Below are positions 36,576 to 49,922 of a stretch of DNA of 64,000 bases, piece by piece. A model generated the notes under the pieces. That model was given only the letters and a program-made list of their open reading frames with translations, made no database searches and was not told the origin of the DNA. Position numbers and translations under genes: made by a program. The DNA lies in the NCBI RefSeq assembly GCF_030144855.1, contig NC_082720.1, positions 39,742,001 to 39,806,000 on the forward strand. Direction: 5' to 3'. Position 1 is the first letter of the stretch, and each line of letters begins with the position of its first letter. Source of the stretch: Hypanus sabinus. Its lineage: Eukaryota.

Positions 36576-37892
36576 TACTGTGCAAATGTCTCAGTGCATG
36601 ATTTTAAAAAAAATCTGTAAAGTGAAGATGTGTTCAAAAACAATAAAATTAAAATCTTCTATCAAAAATACTATAAAGAGCAGTAATTTAAGAAAAAAAC
36701 ACTAAATCAAATATTTGGTGTGACCACCTTTTGCCTTTTTTAAAACAGTACTAATTCTCTCACCTTCATGGTTGTGCAGTTTTGTAAGAAAATCATCTGG
36801 TAGGTTGTTTCAAGCATCCTGGAGAACTTGGCAGAATTCTTCTGCAGACTTTGGCTGTCTCTCCAGATAATCCCAGGCAGCCTCATTGTGATCAGGGCTC
36901 TGGAGGTTGTACCATCTGTTGCAGAACTTTGTTCTTTTCACTGAAGATGCTTCTTTATAACCTTGGCCATGTGGGCTCGGGATCACTGTCCTGTTGCAGA
37001 ATGAAGTTGGGACTGATCAGATGTCTCCCTGATAGATGAGAATCTGCTTGTACTTCTCAGCATTGAGGATTCTGTTAATTCTGACCAGATCATCAACTGC
37101 ATTTGCAAAAACACACCCCCAAGCTTGCAGGAAACCTCCACCATGCTTCATAGTTGGCTGCAGGTACTTATCCATGCAGCACTCTCCACTCTTCTATTGA
37201 CAAGGCAACATGTACAATGCTGGAGAACTCAGCAGGCCAGGCAGCATTTATGTAAGAAATAATCAGTCACTTTTGGGCCGAGACTTTCCATCAGGACAGA
37301 TTTTTTACGGACAAACTGCCCCCTGTTTGAGCCAACATTTTCAAATTTTGTCTTGTCATTCCAATGCACTTACTGCCTTTATTCAGCACCCCAATCCTTG
37401 TATTTTTGTGTGTAGGTGACTCCCTTGACTTTGCTTCCACTTCCGAGGAATGGCTTTTTGGCAGCAACTCTTCCTTGAAGACCACATTTGCCAAGATCTC
37501 TCTGGACTACCGAGGGGTGTTCTTGGGTTCAAGTGGTTTCTGAGTTCAGAGCTGATAAGCAGTGCAGATTTAGAAAGGATGTCAGGTTGATATCGCTCAT
37601 CTGCTGTACTTGGTTTCTGTGGCTGACTACTGTATTTCTGGTCCTCAACATTGCCTGTTTCCTTGTGCCTTTTCAGGGTAGGGACAGCATCTTGAAATTC
37701 CTGACTGCGATGAAATCTCTCCTTACTAAAGCAGCATGTCTTGTTGCTATGCATGCTTTTGCCATAGTGTAAGAATTGAGGGTTTGAAGGTTAAGGGGTC
37801 ACATTTGACATACCCTCACCTTTTAATTTGGTTGTCCTTCACTCAGTTTGATTCCTTCTACACCATTTCTGTTAAGTTAATCAGTTTAGTTT
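36576..37892 (-). mobile_element. Degenerate Tc1-like transposon with a Penelope-end insertion (about 37205-37297)
   Basis: TLKRHKETGNVED...STADERY N-terminal remnant and QQDSDP on the minus strand; TACTGTGCAAA end. Confidence 0.75.
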
Positions 37893-37894
37893 TT

Positions 37895-37911
37895 GTGTAT
37901 GTGTGTACGTA

Positions 37912-37981
<70 letters not shown>
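37895..37981. repeat. Compound microsatellite (TG)n(TA)n
   Basis: Directly visible dinucleotide runs. Confidence 0.97.
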
Positions 37982-37984
<3 letters not shown>

Positions 37985-38587
37985 CATAAAATATAGTGGA
38001 TATGTATCTGCCTACCTACTAGTTTCTAAGCATGGTTATGTTTTATGTACTATGAAGGATGCTGTTGAGAATTTTTTTAATTTCCAAGAATGCAGGAGCC
38101 CTGTATCTATTTTCTGTCTATTATGTTTTTATTTGTTACAGTAACTTGTCTTGTGGGTTTTGGCGTGGTAGAAGTAATGAGTGTAGTCATTACTACTTTG
38201 TGCTGTTGGATGGAGTAGGGAATGGATAATTTTTGTTGATTGATAATTCCATGATTGCTACACTAGTTTTTGTTGTTATTTTTGATTGTCTTTGTTGGCT
38301 CCAAAATAAAGGATTGAATGTACTCTTTTTGACTTGGAACTCAGTTGATTGGAAGTGCATCAGAGTTAGTTACCTCACTTTGTCTCAAAGGTTTTGATTT
38401 GTTTTTCAAGTAACTACTACAATGATGTTGGGCCACCAGATTGAATGGTAACCATTCCTGCCTTGCAGTTGTTCTCCCAACTTGTTTAGTAAGATATCGC
38501 AGCATTTTGTTTTCTATCTTGCATTTATGAAATTTTTGTATGCAGTTTGTATTACAAATGTACCATTTCTCTTATTCATCTCTAAAG

Positions 38588-38676
38588 GTTCACATGACAT
38601 TTCGAAAATCTGAGAAAACAAAATCCCCTAGGAAAGAGATTATTCAGCCTTGTATGAAACATCCTTTACAGAACAG
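38588..38676 (+). CDS. eif4e1b: eIF4E1B coding exon 2 (89 nt)
   Basis: aag|VHMTFRKSEKTKSPRKEIIQPCMKHPLQN(R)|gtacga; contains KHPLQNR. Acceptor is less certain than the donor. Confidence 0.87.
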
Positions 38677-38787
38677 GTACGATCTTTACAATCGTGAATT
38701 TTTTTGCTGTAAAATTCTTTATTTGAAGAAAAAGAAGGACATGTGAGAGACTAGATATTGAAATCTGGTGTGTTTTTTTTTAAAGAA

Positions 38788-39973
38788 CAATTGTAGACCA
38801 GTTAGCCTGGCCTGGGTTGTTTGGAAGATGTTGGAGTCAGTTGTTAAGGATGAGGTTATGGAGTACTTGTTGACACAGGACAAGATGAGACAGTCACTTA
38901 GTTTCCTTAAGGGAAAATCATGCCTGGCAAACTTGTTGGAATTCTTTGAAGAGATTACAAGTTCAAAAAGTAAAGGGGATGCAGTGGATGTTGTATATTT
39001 GGGCTTTCACACATGAGCCTGCTTACCAAGTTAAGAGTCCATGGTATTACAGGAAAGTTACTGGCATAGTTAGAGCATTGGCTGATTGGTAGGTGGAAAT
39101 AAGTAGGGATAAAAGGATCCTTTTCTGGTTGGCTGCCAGTGACTAATGGTGGTCCGCAAAGTTTGGTGTTGGGACTGCTTTTTATGCCGTTTATCAATGA
39201 TTTAGATGATGGAATAGATGGTTTTGTTGCCATGTTTGCAGAAGATATGAAGATTTGAGGAAAGGCTGCAGAGGACTTGGACTCATTAGGAGAATGGGCA
39301 AGAAAGTGGCAAATACAATGTTGGAAAATGCATCTTCATGCACTTTGGTAGAAGAAATGTACAGACTATTTTGTAAATGAAGTGAAAATCCAAATATCTG
39401 CAATGCAAAGGGACTTGGGAATCCTTCTGCAGAACACCCTAAAGGTTAACTTGCAGGTTGAGTCGGTGGTGAGAAAGGGAAATGCAATATTGGCAATCAT
39501 TTCAAAAGTTCTAGAATACAAAAGCAAGAATGTGGTGCTGAGGCTTTATGGCACTGGTTGAGGGTGCACCTTCAAAAGATGTGCTGACATTAGAGAGGGT
39601 TCAGAGGAGGTTCAAAAGGATGATTCTAGGAATAAAAGGGTTATCCTGAGGAACATTTGATAGCTCTGGTTTGTACTGGCTGGAATTTAGTAGGATGAGG
39701 GGTGCCCATTTAAAATGGATGCAGAGAAATTTCTTTACCCAGGGAGTGGTGAATTTGTGGCATTATTACCACAGACAGCTGTGGAGACTAGGTCATTGGA
39801 TGCATTTAAGGCGGAGCTTGATAGATTCTTGATTGGACATGGTACTAAGGGTTCTGGAGAAAAGGCCAGGGAGTGGGGCTGGGGGGGGGGGGGGGTGGGA
39901 AGGATCATGCATGATGAATGGTGGAGCAGACTCAATGGGCCAAATGGCCTAATTCTACTCCTATGTCTTGTGG
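38788..39973 (+). mobile_element. CR1 LINE, degenerate
   Basis: RPVSLA, KGKSCLANLLEFFEEIT and VDVVYLGF motifs; CR1 3' tail. Confidence 0.88.
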
Positions 39974-41449
39974 TAAATCCAGTCCAGGTGAAGGGTCTTG
40001 ACCTGTAACATTGAATTTCCATTTCTCATCACAGATGTTGTCTAATATACTAAGTTCCTACAGCAGTTCCTTTGTTATTTTTACTTATTGAAAGAAATTG
40101 AGGTTTGATATTTGCCCCTATTTTTAAAAAAATATAATATTTTACAACTGTTTGCTTCACTCTTTAAATACGGACAATTGGTGAGTATCGTTGCACAACT
40201 GCAAGCAAGATCAAATGTAAACTTGGTTAAAATATCATTCATTTGATTGCAGAATAAGTTATCGTGGAAGTTACACAGGTTTTCCATCTTTTAATCAAGC
40301 GTATGTACACTTTGTGATTTTTGTATTATTAATGTAAATCAGAACAGTATTTTCAAATGTAATTTTGTTTATTTTGAATATATTGATAACTGTTTCTTTG
40401 AGAGCCAAATGCCATGCTGATTGGTGCATAGAAATGAATTCATTTGAATGAATAACTTCTGGACTGTCTTCATGGTCATTCTATCCTGCTAACAAGGGGT
40501 AGAGGTCCAAAATTTGGAACTATATTTTAGATGTAGCCATACTTCAACAGACAAAAATTGCTGCTCCAGTACCTTTCCTAGAAATTTCACTTACCATTTT
40601 AGGCTGTTGACAGATAAAGTGTTGGATACAAGATTTTATGATCCTGATTTTTGTTTTGCCTCATTGGCTCAGACAGGTTCAATGAATAGTTTTTCACCAC
40701 ATGGAGAAAATAATTTTCATATGCTAACTGAGTTTCAGTGATTTAATCTTGACTGTGCTTGTTTTATGTTTAAACCAATATTTGTCCATTTACAAGAGTT
40801 CTAGAATACAAAAGCAAGAATGTGGTGCTGAGGCTTTATGGCACTGGTTGAGGGTGCACCTTCAAAAGATGGACATTTTGTCCACAGCATTTGATATCCC
40901 TATGTTATTCTCCTCCATTGATTCTGCGTGCACATTCTGCTGCTTGAATGCAGCAGCTAGCACAATCAAAGATCCCACTTCTTTTCTCTCCCTCCCATTG
41001 GGCAGAAGATACAAAATCTTGAAAGCATGTACACTAGGCTCAAGGACTGCTATTGTATTAAGTTATAAGACTGCTTCTCTAGAACAGTAAGATGAGCTTT
41101 CTATCACAAAATCTACCTCATTGTGACTTTGCACTTTGCTATCCATTTGAACTGCCCTTTCTCTGTACTATAACCCTTTATTCTGCAGTGTTTTCCCTTG
41201 TACTACCTAAATGCACTGTAATGAATTGGTCTGCATGGATGGTACGCAAGGCAGGTTTTTCCACAGTACCTCAGTACATCTAACAGTATTAAACCACTAT
41301 ACCATTTTAAGGAGATGATATTTTATGGTGTTGCAAAAGAGAAAACTTTGCTTGTATTTGCATATTAATTTTCAAAATGAGCTCAGTAGTATTACCTGGT
41401 TTATTAGTATTAGTTTTCTGCATATTTTGTGTTTTTGTTCCAAATGCAG

Positions 41450-41545
41450 GTGGACACTCTGGTTTTTCAAAAATGATAAAAGCAAACCCTGGCAGGCAAA
41501 TCTTCGTCTGGTTACTAAATTTGACACTGTGGAGGATTTTTGGGC
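41450..41545 (+). CDS. eif4e1b: eIF4E1B coding exon 3 (96 nt)
   Basis: cag|(R)WTLWFFKNDKSKPWQANLRLVTKFDTVEDFW(A)|gtatgt. Confidence 0.96.
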
Positions 41546-42834
41546 GTATGTATTAATATTTTAAATAGAAGAACTTTAATAAAGTGGAAAATGTTTCATT
41601 AAAATTTAAAACTTTTGATATTGTGCTGGTACTCAGGACAGCTATGGAGATGAAGCTTATCTGGATGCTGAATTAATTAAAGCAGCTTATCTTGTTGGCT
41701 AATATTACAGTACCTAATTTGATAGAATGAGACAAAACAGTGAATTCTTTTCTCCCTGGAAGTCTAAAAGGGTTGGGAAGGTGCAGTGATGGGTGGATTC
41801 TATAGAAGGAAATCTATTACGAGAAACAGATGTGTTGATTCTTGCTTCAGAATTGCTTTAATTGTGGCCCTGCAGGCAATCACTTGTGTTGCTTGCAAAA
41901 TTCATCATTAGTGCGTGTACAATGAACTAACGAAGCAATAGTAAAGGTTAACAATAACAATAGGTTTGGATTATGTTTTGGGTTGATCTTGAAATAGTTA
42001 TTTGTTATTTCTGGTTTGAATTCTGATAACATTTGACAGTGGATATCAAATTGGGCATATAAATCTTTTGCTCCATTTCCAGTGCAGCATCAAGCTTTAA
42101 GTGCAAGAAGAACATAACTAGTGGAAATTAGTAACTTGTTCTGATATACTTTTGGGAGCATAATCATTAAAATTATTCCAATTATTTTCCTGCTTGGTGC
42201 TAGTTGTTTCAAACAATAGATTAGTAATTAATTAGAGTGCTCGTTTTTATTATAAATGTTTTGCAATCCTTTCCAGTAAGATATTGCAGTGGGAGGGGGA
42301 TAAAGCTACTGAAAGTTGACTTGTATATGTAGAACAAAGGAACTGGTTGTGTTCTTTTGCAATTGGTGTCAGAGATGCAAGTTTCGTGCTTTATTGCTAA
42401 ACTGACCTAACCTGCTACATCTGTGGCAATGCAGATTATTTCTAACTATATTGATAGTGGTTTATAAATTTTAGGATACCAGTCAGTGAGCAGATTTTGG
42501 TTTGTCTATCTTTTACTTGTGTTGATCTTTAGTGTATTTTAACATTCATTTTTCTACTGCTTTATATTTTAAAGATATATTAATAATTTTTAATTATCAT
42601 TCCATATTATCTTTCACATTTAGTCTTCCTTTTGCTCAGATTACTTGAGGTACTTGGTAAGGACAAATTGTGTCTTAACAATGCTTTTCTACCTGATTGG
42701 CATTTGATTATATTTATTTTTACTTGCAGTGCCTTAGTCTTCTGAGTTAAATGTTCAAATAGGGTTTGCTTCAGTTTTGAATTTGATTCCTTTCTTTCTA
42801 TAATTTAATTTTTCTTTTATTTCTGTTTTAATAG

Positions 42835-42898
42835 ATTATACAATCATATTCAAGTTGCCAGTAGGCTGACGTCAGGTTGTGACTACTCACTCTTTAAG
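42835..42898 (+). CDS. eif4e1b: eIF4E1B coding exon 4 (64 nt)
   Basis: tag|LYNHIQVASRLTSGCDYSLFK|gtttgt; ASxLxSG is 1B-like (1A has SSNLMPG). Confidence 0.95.
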
Positions 42899-43347
42899 GT
42901 TTGTAAATGTTGATATTTCTTAAGCAAACCTTGGTCCTGGTTCCAAAGGAAAATGTATGGACTTGTGTAAATTGTATATTATTAGATACCTTAATTATAT
43001 TCATGAAGTATGTAGTTTAAAGTGCAGCATGGGGGAGATCTAAAAGTGAGTGGAAAGTAACTTGAATTGCTTTCAACAAGTAGGGTTCTGCCTGAACTAC
43101 TACATTATACATGTAAATAACCTTCGACCAATATTCCATGATCTGGACAGATCAAGACTGCTTGTTTGAAAATTCACTTGAACAAAGTTCATTTTTTGCT
43201 ATGCCTCCCTTGCAAAATGATATCTGCTCTAAAGTAGTCAATTTTACTATTGAAATTAGAAACCTTTTTGATTTTATTATGCAAAAGCTAGTTGTAGAGT
43301 CTGAGAATTAAACTCAATGTGCACATGTGATTGTATGAGAAAGATAA

Positions 43348-45040
43348 ATCAAAGTTCAAAGTAAATTTGTTATCTAGGTACATGCTTGTCACTGTATACA
43401 ACCCTGAGATTCATTTTCTTGTGTGCATACTCAATAAACCCAATAACAATAACAGAATCAATGAAAGACAACACCAGTTGGGTTTTCAACCAGTGTGCAA
43501 AAGACAAAGTGCAAGTACAAAAAAAAAGATAATAAATGAGCAATAATGTCAAACATTTAATGAGTCCTTGAAAGTGGGTCAATAAGTTGTGGGAACATTT
43601 GGGTAATGGGGCAAGTGAAGCTATCCCGTATCGTTCTAGAACCTGAAGGCTAATAGCTGTTCTTGAACCTGGTGGTGAGTTCTGAGGTTCATGTAGCACC
43701 TTCCTGATGGCAGTATTGAGAAAAGAGCATGCCCCGGGTGGCGGACGTTCCTGATGATAGTTGCTGTTTTCCTGTGACAGTTTTGTGCAGATATATTGGG
43801 GAGGCCTATGCTTTGATGGACTTGGCTATATCCAATAATTTTGTAGGATTTTCCATTCAAGGGCATTGGTGTTTCCATACCAGGCTGTGATGCAGCCAGT
43901 CAATATTCTCTACATATTTATACAAGTTTATCAACATTTTAGATGTCATGCTGAATTTTTGCGAACTCCTTGGGAAGTGGAAGTGCTGCTGTGCCTTCTT
44001 CATAATTGCATTTACAATGTTCTCAGGACATTTAAAGAAATTTAAAGTTACTGACCCTCTGCACCTCTGATCCTCTGAGGACTGGCTCATGGGCCTCTGG
44101 GTCTCTCCTCCTGGGGTCAGTTAGCTCCTTGGTCTTGCTGACATTGAGTAAGAGGTTGTTATGGCACTGCTCAGCCAGATTTTTCAGTCTCCTTCCTAAA
44201 TGCTGACTGATCACCACCTCTGATTAGACCTACCATAGTGGTGTCATTAGCAAATTTGTGAATATTTGTCCTTAGCCACACAGTCACAAATGTGAAGTGA
44301 GGCAGGCAGCTAACAACACAGCCTTGTAGTGCACCTACACTGATGGAAATCAGAATCTGGTTTATCATCACTGGCATCTATTGTGCAATTTGTTAACTTG
44401 GCAATAGCAATTCAATGCAATACCTGGTAATACAGAGAGAAAAAATTAAGTAAATGAATTACATAAAGTATATATGTATACTAAATAGAATAAAAATAGT
44501 GCAAGAACAGAAATAATACTCTTTTTTTAAAAAAAAAAGTGTTCACAGGTTCAATGTCCATTTAGGAATCAGATGGCAGAGGCGAAGAAGCTGTTCCTGA
44601 ATCACTGAGTGTGTGCCTTCAGGCCTCTGCACCTCCTTCCTGACAGTAACAATGAGAACACAGCATGCCTTGGTGACAGGTGTCCTTAAGAAAGGCTATC
44701 TCCTTTCTTAGGCATCGCTCCTTGAAAATGTCTCAGATACCATGGATGCTAGTACCCAAGATAAAGCTGACTAATTTACAACTTTCTGTAGCTTTCGGTC
44801 CTTTCAGTAGCCGTGCCTGCATACCAGATGGTGATGTAGCCTGTTGGAATGCTCTCCATGTTACATCTGTATAAGTTTGTATTTTAGGTGACAAACAAAT
44901 CTCTTCAAACTCCTAATGAGATCTAGCCACTGTCTTGACTTTGTAGCTGCATTGATATGTTGGAACCAGATTAGATCCTTAGAACTTGACATACAGGAAC
45001 TTGAAATTGCTCAATCTCTTCACTTCTGATCCCTCTTCAA
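43348..45040 (-). mobile_element. Two nested Rex1/Babar-like LINE 3' fragments (second tail at about 44349)
   Basis: GALQGCVVS, KFANDTTMVGLI, LNVSKTKEL and HPGHALFSILPSGR motifs. Confidence 0.82.
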
Positions 45041-45049
45041 GTAAGACTC

Positions 45050-47087
45050 CCATAAGGGCATGAGAGAGGAGCTTGTCCAGGTGGATTGAAGGAAAGTTAT
45101 GGTGGGGATGATGGCAGAAGAGATGGCCGAAGTTCGGAATGTGCAGGATAGATATGTCCAACAGAGGAAGAGGTTCTCAAATAGCAGGGGTAGGCAATCA
45201 TAGCTGACAAAGGACTGCATAAAAGTAAAGGAAAGAGCATGACATAGCAAAAGTGAATGGGAAGTTGGATGACTGGGAAGCATTTAAATTCCAACAAAAG
45301 GCAAATATGAAAGTTCCAAAATGGGAAGAGATGAAATATGAGGGCAGACTAGCCATTAAAGCAGGATACCAGAATGTTTCTTTCAGTTATATAAAAGAGT
45401 AAAAGGAGGTTAGAGTTGATACGGGACCACGGGAAATTGATTCGGTACGGGTAGTAATAGGGGACAAAGAAGTGGCAGATAGACTTAATGGGTGCTTTGC
45501 ATCTGTCTTCATAGTGGAATATGCTAGCAGTGTGCCAGAGGTTTGTGGGTGTCAGGGGCAGGAATGAGTGACATTTCTATTACAAAGGAGAAAATGCAAA
45601 GCAAACTGAAAGGTCTTAAGGTGGATAAGTCAACTGAGCCAGGTGGACTACATTGCAGAGTCCTGAGAGAGATTGCAGAAGAGATAACAGATGTATTGCT
45701 TTTGGTCTTTCAAGAATCACTTGATTCTAGCATAGACAATTGGAGCATTGCAAATGTCACTCCACTCTTTAAGAAGGGAGGAAGGCAAAAAGGAAAGAAA
45801 TTATAGGCTAGTTAACCAAACCTCAGTGGTTGGGAAAATGTTGGAGTTTATAGTTAAGGATGAGGTTTCAAGGTACTTAAAATAAGTCAAAGTCAGCAAA
45901 GTTTCTGTAAAGGGAAATCTTGCTTGACAAATTTGTTAGAGATCTTTGTGGAAGTAACAAGCAGGAGTGGCATGACATGTCATTTACTTGGATTTTTAGA
46001 AGGTGTTTGGTAAGGTGCCACATATGAAGAGACTGTTTAACAAGATAAAATCCTATGGCATTACAGAATGTATACTGGCATGGATAGCAGAATAGCTGAC
46101 AGGCAGGAGGCAGAGTGGCTTTTTCTGGTTGGCTGCCAGTAACTAATGGTGTTCCTCGGGTCACTATTGGGATTGCTGCTTTTCACATTGTCAATGATTT
46201 TGCAGATGATGTGAAGATAAGTAAAGGGGTAGGTAGTGCTGAGGAAGCAATGTGATTGCAGTAGGACTTGAGACAAATTGGAAGAATGGGCAAGAAGGTG
46301 GCAGATGGAATACAGTGTTGGGAAATATATGATGATGCATTTTGGTAAAAGGAACAATAGTGCAGACTATTATCTAAATGGGAAGAAGGTTCAAATACCA
46401 GAGATGCAGAGGGACTTGGGCATCTTCATGCAAGAACCCCAGAAAGGGGGGGGGGGGAAATGTGTGGCTGAAGAAGGCAAATGCAATGTTAACATTTATT
46501 TAAAGGGGAATAGAATTTCAAAGCAAGGAGATGATGCTCAGCCTTTATAAGAGACTAGCCTGGCGGAATATTGTCAACTGCTTTGAGCTCCATATCTCAA
46601 AGGATGTGTTCTCATTGGAGAGAGTCCACAGGAAGCTCATGATTATTCTGGGAATGAAGGGGTTAATGTATGAGGAGCATTTGACAGCTTTGGGCCTAAA
46701 TTTAGTAGAATTTAGAAGAATGCGAAAGGATCTCATTGATACCTACCAAATTTTGATAGACTGAATGTGGAGAGAATGTTTCCTCTGGTGGGAGTATCGA
46801 GAACTAGAGGGCACAGCCTCAAAATTGAGGGGCGACCCTTTAGAATAGAGTGAAGGATTAGTTTTTTTTTTAGTTGGTGCGTAGTAAGTCTGTAGAATGC
46901 TCTGCCACAGACTATGATGGAGGCCAAGTTGGTGTGTGTATTTTAGGCAGAAGTCAGGGCATCAAAGGATATAGAATAGTCAGGTGTGTGGGGTTGAGTG
47001 GCATCTGGGATCAGCTATGATGGAATGGTGGAGCAGACTCGATTGACTGAATAGAATTTTTTCTGCTCCTATGTTTTATGGTCTTAT
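45050..47087 (+). mobile_element. CR1 LINE, about 2 kb, degenerate
   Basis: LKVDKSTEPGGLH, WSIANVTPLFKKG and WARRWQMEYSVGK motifs; CR1 3' tail. Confidence 0.9.
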
Positions 47088-48400
47088 GAGCCCAGTCAGT
47101 TCCATGAGGAAATTGAGGATTCAATTGAACATGGTGGTATTGAGGATAAGGTCTTGGGGCTTATTGATTAGTTTAGAGAGCATGATGTTGAGTGCTGAGC
47201 TGCAGTCGATAAGGAGCATCCTGATCTATGCACCTTTGCTGTCTGTGTTCCAGTGTTGAGTGAACAGGCACCTGTTATGGACCTGTTGCTCTGGTAGGCA
47301 AATTGGAGCTGATCCAAGTGGCTTCTCTGGCAGGAGTTAATGTGTTTCATCACCTACCTCACAAAACACTTCATTGTGGATTGAAGTGCTACTGGATGAT
47401 GGTCATTGAAGCAGGTCATGTCTTTCTTCTGGGGCACCAGTATCATTTTAGCCTGCTTGAAGCAGGTGTGTACCTCAGACTGCTGAAGTGGGAGGTTAAA
47501 GATCTCAGTGAACACTGCAACCAGTGGATCAGCAGAGTTAATTGGTACTTGGCCAGGTACTCCATTTGGGTTGGATGCTTTTCATGGGTTCACCCTGCTG
47601 AAGACTCACACATCTGTGTCAGAGACTGAAATCACAGGATCATCGGGGGCTCTGGGAGTTTCTGATGGTTTCTCCATGTTCTTGTGGTCAAAGTGTGTGT
47701 AGAAGACATGAGCACATCTGGAAGTGAAGTCTTCCTGTTGTCTATGTTGCTTGGTTTTACCTTGTAAGAAGTGAGAACTTTCAAGCCCTGCCACAAATGT
47801 CAAGCATTCTTTGTTGATTATAGTCTGGAATTGCCATTTTGCCCGTGAGGTGACTTTCTGGAGAGTGCACCTGGCCCTCTTGTAACTTGATTGCCAGACT
47901 TGAATGCTTCTGATTTAGCCCTCAGCAGATTGTGGATCTCATGGTTCATCTAGGGTTCTGATTGGAGAAGTCTCTGATTTTGTGGGGACACAATTATATA
48001 CAACTGTTTTCATAAAATCTGTGACAACCATGGTGTGCTCACTCAGATCCACAGATGAGTCCTTAAACATGACCCAGTCCACGGACTCAAAGCAATCTCC
48101 TAGCTGCTCCTCTGCCTCCTGTGACCACTCTTTGATGTCCTCATCTCTGGAGCCTTGCTCTTTCTCCTGTGCCCCTATGCAGGTAGAAGGACAGCCACGT
48201 GATCAGATTTACTGAGATGCGGCCTGGTAATGATACTGTAGGCATTCCTTATAACAGTGCTCTACTACGTTAAGACCTCTGGTGCTACAGGTTATATGCT
48301 GATGGCAATTTGGCAGGGTTTTCTTCAAACAAGCCTGGTTGAACTCTCTGACTACGATTTGAACTGCATTGGGACGGACTGTTTATTGTTTAGTGATGGC
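47088..48400 (-). mobile_element. Rex1/Babar-like LINE internal fragment
   Basis: [13 protein letters not shown] and upstream linker/APE remnants, homologous to 31070-33428. Confidence 0.8.
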
Positions 48401-48620
48401 ATCTTGCAGTATCTCAATTGCATGATTATAGTTGGCCACTGGTGCAGTCAGGATTATTAAAGTAGGTAAATGTACTTGTATTTGGCTTAATATCAACATC
48501 CTAATTTTCATTCAGAAGAGGGCTGTGGAAATCTACAAATTGTAGAGAATTTAAGATCTGAATCTTGAAACTGGCCTTACTAATTTTTTTTTGAACTTTT
48601 GATTTTCTTTTACCCTGTAG

Positions 48621-48734
48621 GATGGTATTGAACCAATGTGGGAGGACAGCAAAAACAAATGTGGTGGAAGATGGTTAATTACTCTGTCAAAACAGCAAAG
48701 GATGCTGGAACTAGATCAATTCTGGCTGGAAACA
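48621..48734 (+). CDS. eif4e1b: eIF4E1B coding exon 5 (114 nt)
   Basis: tag|DGIEPMWEDSKNKCGGRWLITLSKQQRMLELDQFWLET|gtgagt; WEDS is 1B-like (1A has WEDE). Confidence 0.96.
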
Positions 48735-48963
48735 GTGAGTTAAACCTGTATCGTGTTACTTTATTTTTGAGCAGTGCACATCTACTTCCCTTCAAACTAC
48801 TTTTTTTTGTCTAGGATCTCCTATAATCATTCCATTAAGAGAAAAAAAATGACAGCATCCCTTGTTTAATTATTAATTTTCCTCTTGCAATGTGCTATGA
48901 GTTGATATATCTGAATTTGAAATATTTGTGGACAACTCAAAGTAGAGGTACTTTTGTGACAAC

Positions 48964-49382
48964 TGTGGTGAACTACATATACCTGTCTGGACACGCCCCC
49001 CACTGACTGCTCCTGTGGCTCCTCCCACAGACCCTGGTATAAAGGCGATTGAGGCCTGAGCCCGGCCTCTCTGTCTCCAGGATGTAGTATGGTGGTCAAC
49101 CACTGCTTGTTCCTTCTTCCAGTCAATAAAAGCCGATAACTCGCCTTTACGTCTCGGAGTGAGTTTGTGGTGAACTACATATACCTGTCTGGACACGCCC
49201 CCTGCTGACTGCTCCTGTGGCTTCTCCCACAGACCCCTGTGTAAAGGCGATTGAGGTCTGAGCCCGGCCTCTCTGTCTCCAGGATGTAGTATGGTGGTCA
49301 ACCACTGTTTGTTCCTTCTTCCAGTCAATAAAAGCCGATAACTCGCCTTTACGTCTCAGAGTGAGTTATTGATGGTGCAACA
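48964..49382 (+). mobile_element. Tandem LTR pair with no internal region (202 bp + 217 bp)
   Basis: Copies at 48964-49165 and 49166-49382, both starting TGTGGTGAAC; second ends GGTGCAACA; TATAAA and AATAAA present; 5-bp TSD ACAAC. Confidence 0.88.
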
Positions 49383-49922
49383 ACAACATTGTGCACTTGT
49401 GATTGTAAAGACCCTTTCATTATTAGAAATTGTCTGCCTCCAAGTCAAAGTTGTAGTTTTAAGCTGTGCTTCAGGGATTTGATGTAAAAATCTTGACCCT
49501 TGGCCTGTACCGTATTGAAGAGGTTCAGGACTGTTCCCAGTACAGTCTTAAAGAAACCAAAGTAGCTTCTTTCCTGAGTGGATATGAGATTGGTTGTAAC
49601 ATTTTAAAAAGCAGGAAAGTTATTCCTAGCCATTTTTTGTTCTGATGCCTATCGATTCTAGCACGGTTATTTGATCATAATCGTCTGTTTTGTGGGAAGT
49701 TGCTGTGGACAAATTAGTTGTCTTATTTCATACTAGTCTGCTTAATTGTGAAGTGCTTTGGTATTCTAAGACCAATTAGATTTTCAAAAACTCACATTTT
49801 GGTTGTTGGATTGAATTAAAATCTTATCTTTAAAAAGATGCTGTAATTCAGTGAGAAATGCACTCAACCCTTTCAAAGTGCAAACAAATTAAATAAATCT
49901 TTTGTATTTAATATTTTTCTAG

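Noticed and set aside
37736-38144. ORFs with CVCVCV / YIYIYI repeats
   Set aside because: Translations of the microsatellite.
48866-49328. Two ORFs with identical N-termini, suggesting a gene duplication or repeat array
   Set aside because: Antisense translations of the tandem LTR pair; no spacers, so not CRISPR-like.
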